From positions 243,102,001 to 243,166,000 of the forward strand of contig OZ024740.1 in assembly GCA_964016885.1 (NCBI GenBank): DNA of 64,000 nucleotides. The letters run 5' to 3'. A model generated the notes under the pieces. It did no database searches. It worked only from the letters and a program-made list of their open reading frames with translations, and had not been told where the DNA came from. Shown in pieces: positions 1 through 13,321 of this stretch. The DNA is from Eledone cirrhosa (lineage: Eukaryota). Within the stretch, counting starts at the first letter, position 1. The number at the start of each line of letters is the position of its first letter. Both the position numbers and the translations under genes were made by a program.

Positions 1-654
1 TCCAAGCAAAGATGAATAAATGGCATTTGTTTTTACAGAGAAATATTGAAGCAAGAAGAGAAATACTGAAGCAAGAAAATGGCTTTATAGTATTTTATGG
101 TAAGAGTGCATATTTTGTCACAAATAACTGAGTTATAAGAACACCAGAAAGACACAACTATCCATCTGTAAATGTCTACGTTTTCCAAGTTATTTACAAG
201 TTACTAAAGATAGATTTTTTTTTTTTTTTTCTGGGATCGGAGTTAATATATTTAAAGGCTAAACGCACTTCACTATTATGACATTTATGAAATAAATAAA
301 TACCCTCTCTTATGCTACATGTCAGCTTCGCTTTAATATTTAGCCAAGTTTAAAGACTGCCAAACGTAATAGTAGTATGAACAAAGTCACCTTTCTCCTA
401 TCTTCTAGCTTTGTGTATATCATTTTATGTAGAGATACAAAAAATATTCCATATCCTGGTTTTTAACTACAACAAAATTAACATCCCATTTTCTTAACAG
501 ATTTTATAAGAGTTCTGCTCACTTTAAAGTCAATCAACAGTCCTTACCAACATTCTAGATTCAATTTACATTCTACATAATACCTCATGCTAGCTTTGCA
601 TGGAATATAAAATCTTCTTACTTTGCATAGAATATAAAATCATTTAATACTGTG

Positions 655-1300
655 AGTGTTGAATCTCCAGACACACATTCCAAAGGGTCCTATCAGAAAC
701 AACCATCTCCACATGATCCAACTGGATCCTTAAGTGAAACCAACTTATCTGATGGATGATTTCCAACCATCATGCTCATGGGTATCTTGCCGGTTGGCTT
801 TGCCCATAGAATCTGTCCTGCAATTCTTTCCTTAGATATTCTAACTAGTCTATAAGATTGGAGCTGTGATCTCTTCAGTGACCCCTTGATCTCCAAGCTA
901 TGCACCCTATTAAGTATTGTTACTCCAGAAGCTCTTCAGAGGAGTCCCATTTTATCTGCTTATTTTTATGACCCTATTCTTCCAGTCAATGCCCAAGATT
1001 CATGATCATAGATAAAGGTAGGCACGAAGACTGAGTTGAAGATAGCGAGTTTGGCTTTTATACCCTTCTTCTGATGATTGAATGCTGAAGCTGGCACATT
1101 ATTGCACCAGCTCCAGCAAACCTTGCATTTAATTCAGTTACCTGCCTTCCATCTCACATGAAAACAACCCCAAGATACTTGAACTTCTTCACATGCTTCA
1201 GTATAACTCACCCCTACCCACATGCAGAGTGCATTGTGTAAGTTTTCTCTTTACAGCACTGATTTTCATTCTTCCTGTGCAACACTTGGCAGCCTGCAAA
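655..1300 (-). mobile_element. Degenerate RTE-clade LINE 3' fragment (family B)
   Basis: Reverse complement is homologous to 12600-13290 and 44210-44740. Residual translation RIAGQILWAKPTGK matches the RTE C-terminus. Confidence 0.7.
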
Positions 1301-1373
1301 TATCAGCCAACTAATCCTACACCAATCAGTTTTGATACCACTTCCATCCGAGCTGTACTTTTCAACCTTATTC

Positions 1374-2080
1374 TGATCACCTAGGTATCAGAAGCTATCA
1401 ACCACCTCTATAGATCCTACCTGCATTTGAAAAATGTGTCTATCACTGCGACTTCTGTCAAATTTATCTGATGTAGTTTTCCCTACCTGTTAGTTTGCCT
1501 GCTATCCCACTACATCTCTTGTGTATCCAAGATCTGCATTGTGTACATTCTATAGAATTTATGCCAACTCCTTTTTTACATATCAAACATGGCCATTTTC
1601 CTGATGGAATCAGAGTTTTGTCCTCTTTTCTACTTATCAGCATTTTAGTCTTAGCTAGGTTCACTCTCAATCCTCTTGATTCAAACTGCTGTTTCCATAG
1701 CTAGAATTTATTCTCTAGCTCCTCTACTGATTCTGCTATAAGTACATAGAGAAGTACCCAGCATAGAGAAGTACATCAGCATAGAGAAGTACCCATGAGT
1801 AGCCAGTCTTAAACTCCTCTGTTATGGCTTGGAGAACTATAATGAACAAGAGTGGGCTGAGGACCAAACCCTGATGCACTCTTACTTGTATCTGGAATTC
1901 CTCACTAAACTCTATTCCTACTCTCACTTTACTGACACCACCTCAGTACATAGCTTGCACTGTCCTCACAAGCCATTCTTCTACACCTAGTTTCTTTAGG
2001 GACCACCAGATGACAGATCGAGGTACTCTATCAAAGGCCTTCTCTAGGTCAACAAAAGCTAAGTATAGTGGTTTATTCAT
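1374..2080 (-). mobile_element. RTE LINE RT fragment (family A, PHD-containing), degenerate
   Basis: Fragments VHQGLVLSPLLF, LLYAD and GKWPCLICKKGVG..C..C..WIHKRC. 1374-1560 is a close inverted copy of 6360-6565. Confidence 0.9.
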
Positions 2081-3054
2081 CATCAGAAACTTCTATATCT
2101 CAAAAGATTAAGAGACTGAAAGTTCTTTTGCCATGCCATTGAAATTCTTTGAACTGTCTAATCTGCTGCAGTTTTGGCTCAAGTACCGTGATTACCTTTA
2201 TCACTGCAGGCGTTAATGCTAACTAATTCCAATATTTGGATGTGTGGGTTTCCTTCAGGCACTCTGGTTTCCACATTTTTTAAGAATAATTTTATTTCCA
2301 TGGGTAGTTTACATCCAGACAATCTGGTTACAACTGGTTTTGAAAACTATTTTAAGAATTAAAAATTTCAAATATAAAATACTATGCTCAATAATTGTTT
2401 CAAATAAAATAGAATTATTTTACTTTCATTTAATCCCGTTTTCTCATTCAATATACACAAATTAACTATATGACATTTACACAATTCAATTCAAAGTATA
2501 ATATTCATAATCATTTCTTTATTTTCCATAGTATACTATTTATAATGAATATATATCTGTAGCATTCAATACTAGTCTGCTGTAAACATAATAGAAAACC
2601 ATTTCATTCTTACATGAAAAATAACTTTTCAAAAATAGACCAATGGTATTCTATCAAACAGGATATACTTTTACTGAGAACAATTCTTAGCTATAGGTAG
2701 TTTTCAATAATAAGCTATTATATTTTAAACTACTGGACCATCAGCTTGACAATTATAAACAATTCAATTTCCCTATGAAAGTAATGTAAAATATTCTATG
2801 TTTACTTTGTGATTCTTTCATCACTACTTTGACAAGCCTAAGGACACAGTCATATCTGAATGCAGACCTGTCAACTCTCCTATCCAATGGGAAGATTTGA
2901 AATAGCCTTAGGGATGGCTGAGAGATGTCTTTACTTGTGAAAATGGGTATAGCTTTCATCATGTAAAATCTCCCCATTTTACCTTATTCCTCCCTGTTTT
3001 GGAACCCCTTTTTTTCATGGTACTCCCATTTGAGTTTTTAGAGGTTGGCAGATC

Positions 3055-3395
3055 TGTGAACAGCTAAGATGTTAGCTTCTCAATCATGTGATTCCAATTT
3101 TGATCCCACCCTGTGTCATCTTGAACAAACATATTTCATCATAGCCTCAGGTCAACCCAGCATGTGTGTAAAATTGAATAAAGGGAAACTGTATGGAAGC
3201 CCTTCAGACTGACTAAACTGTTCCGTTTATTCAAAGATCCAGCTTTATTGCATATTGTCTCACATTGATTTAGCTTACAATAAGGACACATGTGTTTGTG
3301 AAATACTCAGACACTTAGATGTTAATTTAATGAACCAGACACAGATTTAACTAAACAATTGAATGCTGATCATTGAAATTGACAGAATGATTCAT
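3055..3395 (+). mobile_element. Old diverged tRNA-derived SINE remnants
   Basis: Box-B-like segment. Body and tail resemble 7830-7960 and 4860-4990. Confidence 0.4.
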
Positions 3396-4039
3396 CACTT
3401 TGGTATTTATAATGAAAGTTTACTTTGCTGATGAAGTTATAAACATATCCAAGGAGTACTCCTTCACTTAATGGAAAAACGAAAATAATATTAATTTTTC
3501 AATAATATTGTTTCATTTTTGTTTTGTTTTTCCTCACTGTCTATATATTTCTGTCAGCTTTTAAATTTTCCATGCATTAAATATGTTAAACTAACTTATT
3601 CCATAAATTGATAACAAAACACTTTTTTTTTAATGAAATATATTCAAATATCACAATTAAGTGCTGCTTGCATGACTTAAATTCTGAACATTTTCTGAAA
3701 TGATTCATTGACAATAGTTTCAAATAAGTTACATATGACAACTTAATAATGTACTTCTGGAATGAAGGTTCTTGTGATTAACTTATATTCTAATCTATTG
3801 CATATGTTTTCTGAAGACTAATGATGTAATATTAAGTTACATGATGCCTTCTTTCCAATTAAAATTAGATAAAAATAAGTAACGAATAACAAAAGTGACT
3901 AGGTGGGGTTAGATATTTTAAAGTGCAGTCACATCTCTAGTGTAATAAAATATTTCTTATTACACATACATTGACATGATTTTCCTTTTCATATAATTAG
4001 TTTATCAAAAAAGTTAATTGGCTACATATTAGTTAGTTT

Positions 4040-4245
4040 CTTGTTGTTTAGCCCTGGGATAGTTCTGATCAAGCAGACCTATGATCAAAGGTTGTCAACT
4101 GTAAGCAACCTCGCCTATTTTCAGACACCCTATATCTTAGATAACATTAAATGTGTCAATTCCTCTTTTTAAGGATAGTAGGGTTTGAAGGAGATTTAAT
4201 TACTATTTCTGATAGATTGAGTGGTCACTAAAAACTCCTTCATTG
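4040..4245 (-). repeat. ~200-bp interspersed repeat with (ACA)n-like tail (unclassified SINE/LINE end)
   Basis: Motif ttgttgtttagccc..ctgatc.agcagacctatgatcaaagg..gagattt..ctatttct recurs at about 5822-6022, 36735-36920, 48495-48710 and 55840-56010, and inverted at about 13910-14390, 34330-34490 and 45960-46040. Confidence 0.65.
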
Positions 4246-4794
4246 TTTCATACTGAAATAGTTATTTAATAAAGTAGGTCAGAAATATCTTAAAGGTCAT
4301 TATCACGACCTTTTCAGTTAAACTTCTTAGTAAATATACATAGACCTACAACTAATCCATAGAATAAACCAGCAAAATCTGAGAAAACAAGAGATGTTAT
4401 ACATTGGCAAAAAATAATAAAAATACTTCAAAGAGTGGAATAAGATCTATGCCATGAAGAAGAATGTTTTCAACACAACACTTTGTTGGAGATAAGTGAA
4501 ATGTCAAAGGATGTTGAAGGATGTGTGTGTGTGTGTGAGAGTGTGCATCTATGTATATATGTATCTCTATATAAATATTAATTAAGATTTGTGCTCATTA
4601 ATTGCATATTATATATACTTCAACACCATTTGATACTTATTTCCAATGAAGTGTTCTATCTAAAACTTTAGATGTCTTTTCTTCTTCACAGTATAATATT
4701 TTAACTCATAAAGCTTGACATTTGCACATCCCCAATCATATCATCAGGAACGCAAAATATTCAGTTTCCAATCAGAAAGATGCATTTGATTCCC

Positions 4795-4990
4795 AGTGAC
4801 ACATTGTAACTTTGAGCAAGACATTATTTCATGTTGCTCCAGGCCACTGAGTGGACAAAAAAGAGTTGTAGCTATAACTCAAAGAACCAACCTTATCACA
4901 GACTGTGTCACACTGAATCTCCCTGGGAATCATGCTAAGGGTGCATGTGCTTGTGAAATTCTCAGCCACTCGGACGTTAATGCCTCTGTT
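4795..4990 (+). mobile_element. SINE remnant (ttgagcaagacatt...ttgctccag core)
   Basis: Core shared with the SINEs at 40962-41309 and 51054-51399, but with a different tail. Confidence 0.55.
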
Positions 4991-5539
4991 TAACCAGAAT
5001 ATTATAGCTTTATCAATAGTCAATGCAGAAGGTTTAATTCAATTTAAATATTATATCAACAGAGCCATGTTACAAATAATTAAAGTGATGATATTAGCAT
5101 ATTATGAATTACAACATTTCCTAATCTTGTATTTTATTTAAATAGATTTAAATAGTTTCAAGCAGCCAAAGAGGAAACAAAGAATCAATCACTGACCACT
5201 GCTATTACAGAGTCATTTCATTTCTAGGTGATTCTTTGAATGTTGTCATTCAGATTGATCTTGTTTGGTTATAATAAATAGTTGTTACTTCACAAAGGCA
5301 ACATGAAATGGAAAAATCATTAACTTGTGCATACTTCTGTAACATCATGCTTCATTCCACATTTGGACAGGATTTCTAACAATTTATTTCTGGTGATTAG
5401 CTAAAGGTTACTAGATGATGCTAACTCTATTCTCAAATCTTAATTATCAGAAATACTTAATGGATGCTCAAAATTTATCATGAGCTCTAAGTTCTAATAA
5501 TTGGTATCAAAAGAATATCATTATAATCTTCATATAAAG

Positions 5540-5762
5540 GGCACTGGATAGTATTGGCAGAGGAGTAGACAAAGTGCCTTGCAGTATTTAGTTGTATCTC
5601 TTCATGTTCCAAGTTCAAATCTAACTGAACTTAACTTTGTCTTTCATCCTTCCATTGTTGATAAAATGTAGTACCTGTCAACTACTGGAGTTGATAGAAA
5701 TTCACTGTCACCTCTCTATAAAATGTGTGGTCTTGTATCTATGTTAGAAATTATCATCATTT
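5540..5762 (+). mobile_element. Old, longer relative of the young tRNA-SINE family
   Basis: gttcaaatc box B, ctttcatcctt..gataaaa..gtacc core and tggtcttgt..tagaaa tail. Similar old copies at about 26140-26270, 42740-42865, 43000-43210, 46365-46840 and 55635-55770. Confidence 0.65.
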
Positions 5763-6104
5763 CTATGGCCAATATAGTTTTAGATATTTTCACCACTGCC
5801 ATCATGTGTGTCTACCATGTTGTTATTGTTGTTTAACACCAGATCAGCCCTGATCTAACAGATCTTTGATTCAAGGCATTATAGCTTTGACTGTCCTATC
5901 TTTTTGTATACTTGGAACTATATTGTTCAATGTGCCTTGTCTATATCAAGACAGCAGGTTGTAATTTGAGGTAATTTGGCTATTATGGCTATCAGATTGA
6001 GTGACCATGGACAGGTTCCTTTCTAAAATCATATCTATCTACTATGGTTACCATTAACAAAACAAGCCCCATACAACTACCACAACATTATTTACTATCA
6101 TTCT

Positions 6105-6274
6105 GTGGTAGATTGGCAGTATCGGTAGAGGGTCAGATGCCATGCTTTGATGCATAGAGTTACGGCCCTTGCCATTCTGAGTTCAAATCCTGCCGAGGTT
6201 AACTTTGCCTTTCATCCTTACGGGGTCGATAGAAATAAAGGATAATTGCTGGCCTTGTGCCAAAAGTAGAAACA
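6105..6274 (+). mobile_element. Young tRNA-derived SINE (family S1)
   Basis: Box A tggcagtatcgg, box B gagttcaaatcc, core cctttcatccttacggggtcgata. 18-bp TSD attatttactatcattct (6087-6104 / 6275-6292). Confidence 0.92.
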
Positions 6275-6355
6275 ATTATTTACTATCATTCTATCATGCA
6301 AGTCAACATCATATTTTTACTGTCTTTACTGTCTTAGTTTTTACTGTCGTTAAAT

Positions 6356-7161
6356 TCTATAGAATGTACACAATGCAGATCTTGGGCACACAAGAGATTT
6401 AGTGGGATAGCAGGCAAACTAACAGGTAGGGAAAAATACGTATGCAGTAGATGTACAGTAGATGTACAGTAGATGTACAGTAGAAGTTGCAGTGATAGAC
6501 ACATTTTTCAAATGCAGGTAGGATCTATAGAGGTGGTTGATAGCTTCTGATACCTAGGTGATCAGATTAGCAAGGGAGGAGGGTGCTCCAAGGCCATAGT
6601 ATCTAGAATAAGGATGGGTTGGAAGAAGTTTAGGGAGCTTCTTCCTCTGTTGACAAAGAAGGGCTTCTCCCTACAAATGAAAGGCTGATTATATGATGCC
6701 TGTGTGAGATGCTCAATGCTGCATGGTAGTGAGACATGGGCAGCAACTGCGGAGGATATGCGACGGCTGGAGAGAAATGAAGCAAGCATGCTCCGTTGGA
6801 TGTGCAATGTCAATGTGCATGAATGACTGAGCATAGATGAGTTGAGAGAGAAACTGTGAATAAGAGGGATAAGTTGTAGTGTGCGGGAGAGAAGACTGCG
6901 TTGGTATGGACATGTGATGTGCATGGAGGATGACCACTGGGTGGAGAAGTGCCAAGAAATCCCAGTAGAAGGAAGATGCAGTAGAGGAAGACCACGAAAA
7001 ACATGGACGGAGATGGTGAGAGCTGATCTCAGATCGCTGTACCTCACAGAGGAGAAGACGAAGGACCATTATGAATGGAGAGATGCTGTGCTGAATAGGA
7101 CCCATCCAACCCTTGCAAGCAGGGAAAAGCGGACGTAAAATGATGATGATGAAGATGATGA
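6356..7161 (+). mobile_element. RTE LINE 3' fragment, subfamily A2
   Basis: MLHGSETW and RRLRWYGHV, ORF ending ASREKRT*, (GAT)n tail. Several stops. Short 10-bp tandem repeat at 6446-6484. Confidence 0.92.
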
Positions 7162-7165
7162 TTAA

Positions 7166-7373
7166 CTCTTTATCATTTACATTACTCTATATATACTATT
7201 GTATTTTCACTGTAAACACTTTATTTCACATAATATCGAATCTATGAGATTTTGATATTATTTATTTTGAGAACAATACCTTAGCATCAGTATGAGCACC
7301 CGCTTATGGCCGGTTTGAACAGAAAGAGGTGAGAGAATTCTGGCCGGATATGGCCGGTTTAAATGCTAAAGGG
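7166..7373. mobile_element. piggyBac-type MITE
   Basis: TTAA on both sides (7162-7165, 7374-7377). Imperfect TIRs ctctttatcattt / aaatgctaaaggg. Confidence 0.7.
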
Positions 7374-7967
7374 TTAAACATAACCATTCATGCAAAATGA
7401 GTGTGTGGTTCAAAAGTTTGTTTCAACAACCATGAAATTAATGGCATTTTCATCAAATGTATTTTTCAATAGCCTCAGGATGGACAAGGACAATATATTG
7501 TGAGCGTATTTGCAAAATGGAAATTGTACAGAAGCCTCTCTCTCTCTCGGGCAGGGGCTTTCAATGTGTGAATGTCTTCGTTCTATATTTGACACTGCTT
7601 GCACAAGCAGTTATGTTTGTTTATGATACACAATAGTTGGATGTATGAAGATCAGTATTTTATTAAAATACAAGTAAGAGATGGCATAAGGAAGGGCATA
7701 TTCATAGAATACTTCCTCCAAAACCTCTCATCCTACTCATGCCAGCATAGAAAATCAGACATAAAAGGGGAGGAGAATATATATATTTATATATATCATT
7801 ATCAGCAGCAGTAACATCATTTAACATGGTTAAGAAATTCACTTTACAGTCATGTTGTTCAAAGTAAGCTCATACTGTACAACCCTTACCTTCTTCTACC
7901 ATAACCTTGTGTTAACCAATGACTTGGGATTGGAATATAGTGGTTGGGACCTCTACAGTAGCCTATT

Positions 7968-8085
7968 GTATACATGTGTATGTGTGTATGTACGTGTGTG
8001 TGTGTGTGTATGTGCATGAGTGTGTGTGTGTGTGTGTGTATGTGCATGTGTGTGTATGTATGTATGTGTGTGTGTATGTGCATGT
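7968..8085. repeat. (TG)/(TA) microsatellite
   Basis: Direct inspection. Confidence 0.9.
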
Positions 8086-9027
8086 AAATTTGTATGTCAG
8101 TAAGAATACTGCTGACAAATCAGTGTATCAATTATTGTATTTATTCTGTTAAAGTTGCACATATACTCTCTTGTCACTCTCTCCTCCAGAAACCAGTGAT
8201 TGGCTAGTTAGAAATCTATAATCAATGATGCTAGTGTTAAAAATGCATGAAATAAAAAAACCCAATTTTTAACTGCCATTTGCATTATTAACCTCATCAT
8301 TGTTTAGACAGAAACTGCCTTGAAATTCTTTTTATGCCTTTTGTCTACATATTATAAATCTATAACTGTCAAACATCCTAGTATAATGCAAAGTAACTCC
8401 AGTGCAGTGTTATCCACAAACTCAAAGAAATACCATCCATACACCTAAACCCGACAACCATATACAAACCACACCAGACAAAGTAAGAAACTAATCATGT
8501 CCTGCAGAACTATACCAAAAAATATGCTTGCATGCATATAATCAAACCTGTACTAATTACTGGTACAGAGGTGGCAGATGTCATCAGCTGCAGCCATCAT
8601 ATTACATGGTTTCTATATATCTGTAGTGACCACAACTTTGTTATACACCTACTTAGAAATCAGAATAACCACCAATTACCAAACTACAACCATATTCCAT
8701 CACCGAAACAGAACTGAAAACCAAACTTTTTTTATTTGTTTCTCTCACCTAGCAACTAACATTCTCATTGATTAAAACCAGAACTGACTAAATCAAAACC
8801 CCATAATTATCAATTAACCAAAGCATTCAGGAAATCAACACCTTACGTAACAGATAAGCCTGAACAAAACTGATATAAAACCACAACCCAAACAACTTTT
8901 TAAACAGACCTCCAACATAACAATTAACTTAAAAGATTTGGAAATACCCAGGTTAAAATGTGGTCACAATCTAATAAATAAGTAAAAGGTATGATTATAG
9001 AAGAACACAACCTTCAATTTCAGATAT

Positions 9028-9070
<43 letters not shown>

Positions 9071-9072
<2 letters not shown>

Positions 9073-11622
9073 TCCCCTCAACCAGTAACAGATTTAAAGA
9101 TATTTTACTCAACGCCTACGACAGTAAAGAAGAACAGATAGAGACATTTAACGTAGAAGAGAACTGGGAGTTCCTAAAAAATAACTTACTAGAGGCGACG
9201 GATGAGGTTTGTGGCTGGAGTAAGACCTCAAGCAGGAGGAGAGTGACTTGGTGGTGGAACAATAAGGTAGATGAAGCAGTCAAGGCCAAGAGACAGGCAT
9301 GGAAAGAATGGAAGAACGGGGGGAGCAGGGTACATTACATAGAGACCAAGAGGGAAGCTAGGCGACAAGTATACTTAGCTAGGAGGGAAGCAGAGGATAG
9401 AAAATTCAAGCATGTTTTACAACGTGAGGACCAGAAACAGGAGGTATTCAAGATTGCGAGGCAGTGTGTCAGAGATAGTTGTGATGTCATTGGAGAGAAG
9501 TGTATCCGGAATGATAAAGGTGAGCTTGCCCTCACAAGTGCTGAGAAGAAAGATGCATGGAAGAGTCATTATGATAGATTACTAAATGAGGAGAATGCAT
9601 GGGAAGAAGAGACCCTACCCCACGTAGACCCTATAGAGGGACCAGCAGTACAAGTCAGCGGCAGCGTAGTAAGTAAGGCAATCAGAGATATGAAGATAGG
9701 GAAGGCAACCGGTCCATCGGGTATAGCTGCCGAGATGCTGAAGGCATCTGGGTCTGTAGGTCACACTATAACCACACGTATCGTTAACCAGGTAATACTA
9801 GAGGGGGCCATACCAAAAGATTGGTGCAGTAGCATCATTGTCAACTGCTACAAAGGTAAAGGCGATGCACTAGATAGAGGAAACTATAGAGGTATAAAGT
9901 TGATGGACCAGGTCATGAAAGTAACAGAAAGAGTTATAGCACAGCTGATTAGGGACCGGGTGAATATAGACGAGATGCAATTTGGGTTTGTTCCAGGGAA
10001 AGGCACCACTGATGCGCTCTTCCTTGTGAGGCAATTACAGGAAAAGTACCTAGCTAAAAGTAAGCCACTCTACTTGGCATTTGTCGACCTTGAGAAAGCC
10101 TTTGACAGAGTTCCACGTGCAGTAATCTGGTGGGCTCTTAGAAAACTAGGAGTAGATGAATGGCTTGTGAAAGCGGTACAAGCCATGTATAGGGGAGCAG
10201 TCAGCAAAGTTAGGATTGGCAATGAGTATAGCGAGGAATTTAGCGTACAGGTTGGGGTCCACCAGGGCTCTGTTCTTAGCCCTCTCCTGTTCATCATAGT
10301 CCTGCAGGCAATAACGGAGGAGTTTAAGACCGGATGCCCATGGGAACTCCTGTATGCTGATGACCTCGCACTCATAGCTGAATCTATGGTAGAACTAGAG
10401 AATAAATTCCAAACCTGGAAGCAGGGACTAGAGAGAAAGGGCCTCAAAGTCAACATGACAAAGACTAAGGTCCTTATAAGTAGACGAGAAAACAGAACCC
10501 AGATCCCCTCAGGGAAATGGCCTTGCTCAGTATGTAGGAAAGGTGTAGGTAGGAACTCCATTCTTTGCCCCAAATGCAAACAATGGGTACACAAGAGATG
10601 TAGCGGGATCTCAGGAAGCTTAATTAAGAATGTAGGATTCACATGCAGCAGCTGTGCTGAAACAGCAAGCAAACAGCCACAGGAAACAAGTACCACCAAT
10701 CTCTGGGAGGGCCCTGTAGAAACAGTAGACAGCTTCTGCTACCTAGGTGACCGAATTAGCAACGGAGGTGGGTGCTCAGAAAGTACAATAACTAGGGTAA
10801 GAACGGGATGGAAGAAGTTTAGGGAACTACTACCACTGCTAGCTGCAAAAGGCTTCTCCCTCAGAATGAAAGGCAGACTGTATGATGCGTGTATCCGAAC
10901 AGCGATGTTGCATGGTAGTGAGACCTGGGCGCTGAAGGTGGAAGACTTACGTAGATTAGAGAGAAACGAAGCCTGCATGCTCCGATGGATGTGTAACAGT
11001 AATATACGTGAACGACAAAGCATAAATGAATTGAGAGAGAGACTGAGCATAAGAGGAATCAAATGCTGCGTGCAGGAGAGGCGGTTACGCTGGTATGGAC
11101 ATGTGATGCGTATGAAGGATGACAGCTGCATAAAAAGGTGCAGAGCACTAGAAGTTGATGGAAACCGCGGAGTGGGGAGACCCAAGATGACTTGGGATGA
11201 GGTGATAAAAGCCGACCTTACCCAACTACACCTCTCAAAGTCAATGACACACGACCGTGACTTCTGGCGTCACGCAGTAATACAGGGTACCCGACCTCCC
11301 ATGGGTACATGCTGAAGCATATAAACAATATGCCCCCCCCCCCCCCCCACCGCAAGGTGGTCGTGGAGGTGCCACGGCAAAAAAGCACCCAGCCCACACT
11401 GTAAAGTGGACGTGTAGGCGCCACGAAAAAGCACCCAGCACTCACTGTAAATGAGGTTGGTGTTAGGAAGGGCATCCAGCTGTAGAAATCAAGCCAGATC
11501 AGTTCCTGTATGAGCAAGGCATGGTCAGCCGACCAGACACTGCCCACAACAGGACAACCCGTCTAACCCATGCTAGCGTGGAAGAACGGACGTAAAACGG
11601 TGATGATGATGATGATGATGAT
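9071..11622 (+). mobile_element. Young 5'-truncated RTE-clade LINE, subfamily A1
   Basis: Uninterrupted RT ORF, ~300-bp 3'UTR with ~45-bp subrepeats, (GAT)n tail. Begins directly after a (TA)n run. Confidence 0.95.
9072..11315 (+). CDS. RTE ORF (5'-truncated, lacks endonuclease): reverse transcriptase with inserted PHD-type zinc finger
   Basis: Frame open from 9072 to stop at 11315. Motifs NYRGIKL, QFGF, FVDLEKAFD, GVHQGSVLSPLLF, YADD, FCYLG, RRLRWYGHV, GRPK. Confidence 0.92.
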
Positions 11623-11853
11623 ATGGAGGATGACCGATGGGTGAAGAAGTGCCAGGAATTGCCAGTTGAAGGAAGACGTGGTAGAGGTAGACCACGAAAA
11701 ACATGGGCAGAGGTGGTGAGAACAGACCTCAGATCATTGAAGCTCACGGTGGAGATGACGAAGGACCGTGACGAGTGGAGAGATGCTGTGCTGAATAAGA
11801 CCCGTCCCACCCTTGCAAGCAGGGAAAAGCAGACGTAAAATGATGATGATGAT
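11623..11853 (+). mobile_element. RTE A2 3' end appended to the tail of the A1 copy
   Basis: Near-identical to 58690-58925. ASREKQT* followed by (GAT)n. Confidence 0.9.
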
Positions 11854-12015
11854 ATACACACACATGTATAGACATATATATATATTTCTTTGTTTCATTC
11901 ATGTCATGTGTTATAAGGCTCCAGACTTTTTTCTTGACGTCACACAAAATTCTGTGTTTTGTAGCTTAGCAACAATAAATTAATGTTTTGTCTCTTGTCT
12001 CTTATTCCACAGGAC

Positions 12016-13289
12016 AGTGTTTGGCTTATGTCAGTCCTGTCACTCTGGATGGACCAGCAGTACTGGCTGCAGAAGGTTCTGCAAGAGTATAGGATCAATG
12101 GTAAGCTTCTTGCTGCCCTGATGTCTCTAAATGAATACCCGAGTATTTATGTTCAGATAAATGGTGCTAAATCAAAACCATTCAATGTGGGATTCGGAAT
12201 CTACCTAGGGTGCATACTGGCACCTCTCCTGTTCATTGGCAGTATCGGTAGAGGGTCGGATGCTATGCTTAGCAGCAAATAGTTACGGCCCTTTATGTTC
12301 TGAGTTAAAATTTCACTGAGGTTAACTTTTCCTTTCATCCTTACGGGGTCGATAAAATAAAATACCAGTAATACACTGGGATAATTGCTGATCTTGTGCC
12401 AAAAGTAGAAACAATTATTTACATGAACAGGATTAACATACACAGCCAGGTTGGAAGTGGTATCATGACTGGCAGGAGTAAAATCAGTTAGCTGGAATTT
12501 GCAGGTGACATGGTGTTACTTAAGTCAACAGAAGATGATCTCCAATTTGCACTCGATAGGTTTGATGCCAAATGCTGCATGGCTGGAATGAAAACCAGTG
12601 TTGCAAAATCTGAGACACTCATCCTCTCAAGGAAGCCTGTGCAGTGCACTCTACATGTGAATGGGGTTCCACTAAAGCAGGTGAAGAAGTTTGAGTATCT
12701 TGGGGGCGGGGGAATTCACAAGTGATGGAAAGCAGGAGGCTGAACTAAGTGCAAGAATTGCAGGTGCTGGTGCAGTAATGTGCCAGATTCAACATTTGGT
12801 AATCGGAAGAAGGGTGGTAGGTGTAAAAGCCAAATTTGCTATCTTCAATTTGGTATTAATGCCAACCCTTACCTATGGTCATGAACCTTGGGTAATGACC
12901 AAAAGAATATGATCACGAATACAAGTGGCCAAAATGGGGTTCCTCCGAAGGATCTTTGGAGTAAAGTTACTCAATAGAGTGCATAGCTTAGAGAACAGAA
13001 ATTCACTCCAGGTAGAGCTACTACTTTTTTGAATTGAGAGATCACAGTTCCTATACTATAAGCATGAGGTTAGAATGTCTCAGGAAAGAATCGCTGGACA
13101 GATTTTACAGGCAAAACCAACTGGTAGGAGACCCTGGGTAGACCCTGAGCAAAATAGTTGGATAACATCCATGAGCTTGGCTGGTCTCGCTTAGGGATCC
13201 AGCTGGATCAGTTGAAGACAGTTGCTTCTGACAGGACCCACTGGAAGGAGTGTTTGAGGACTCAGCCTCCCCACAATCCTCTCAAGAAG

Positions 13290-13318
<29 letters not shown>
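12016..13318 (+). mobile_element. RTE-clade LINE family B, degenerate RT to 3' end
   Basis: GCILAPLLF, FAGDMV (degenerate YADD), FEYLG, LTYGHEPW. (AAG)n tail at 13284-13318. Interrupted by a SINE. Confidence 0.85.
12235..12416 (+). mobile_element. SINE S1 nested in RTE-B
   Basis: Full S1 body splitting LLFI|IYMN. Only an att overlap at the junctions. Confidence 0.9.

Positions 13319-13321
<3 letters not shown>

Noticed and set aside
2753-2977. 74-aa ORF as a host exon
   Set aside because: No recognisable motif or convincing splice sites.
10070-11185. Long antisense ORFs over RTE copies (also 58322-58878, 6562-7105, 28034-28755)
   Set aside because: Shadow ORFs opposite RT coding sequence with no independent motifs.
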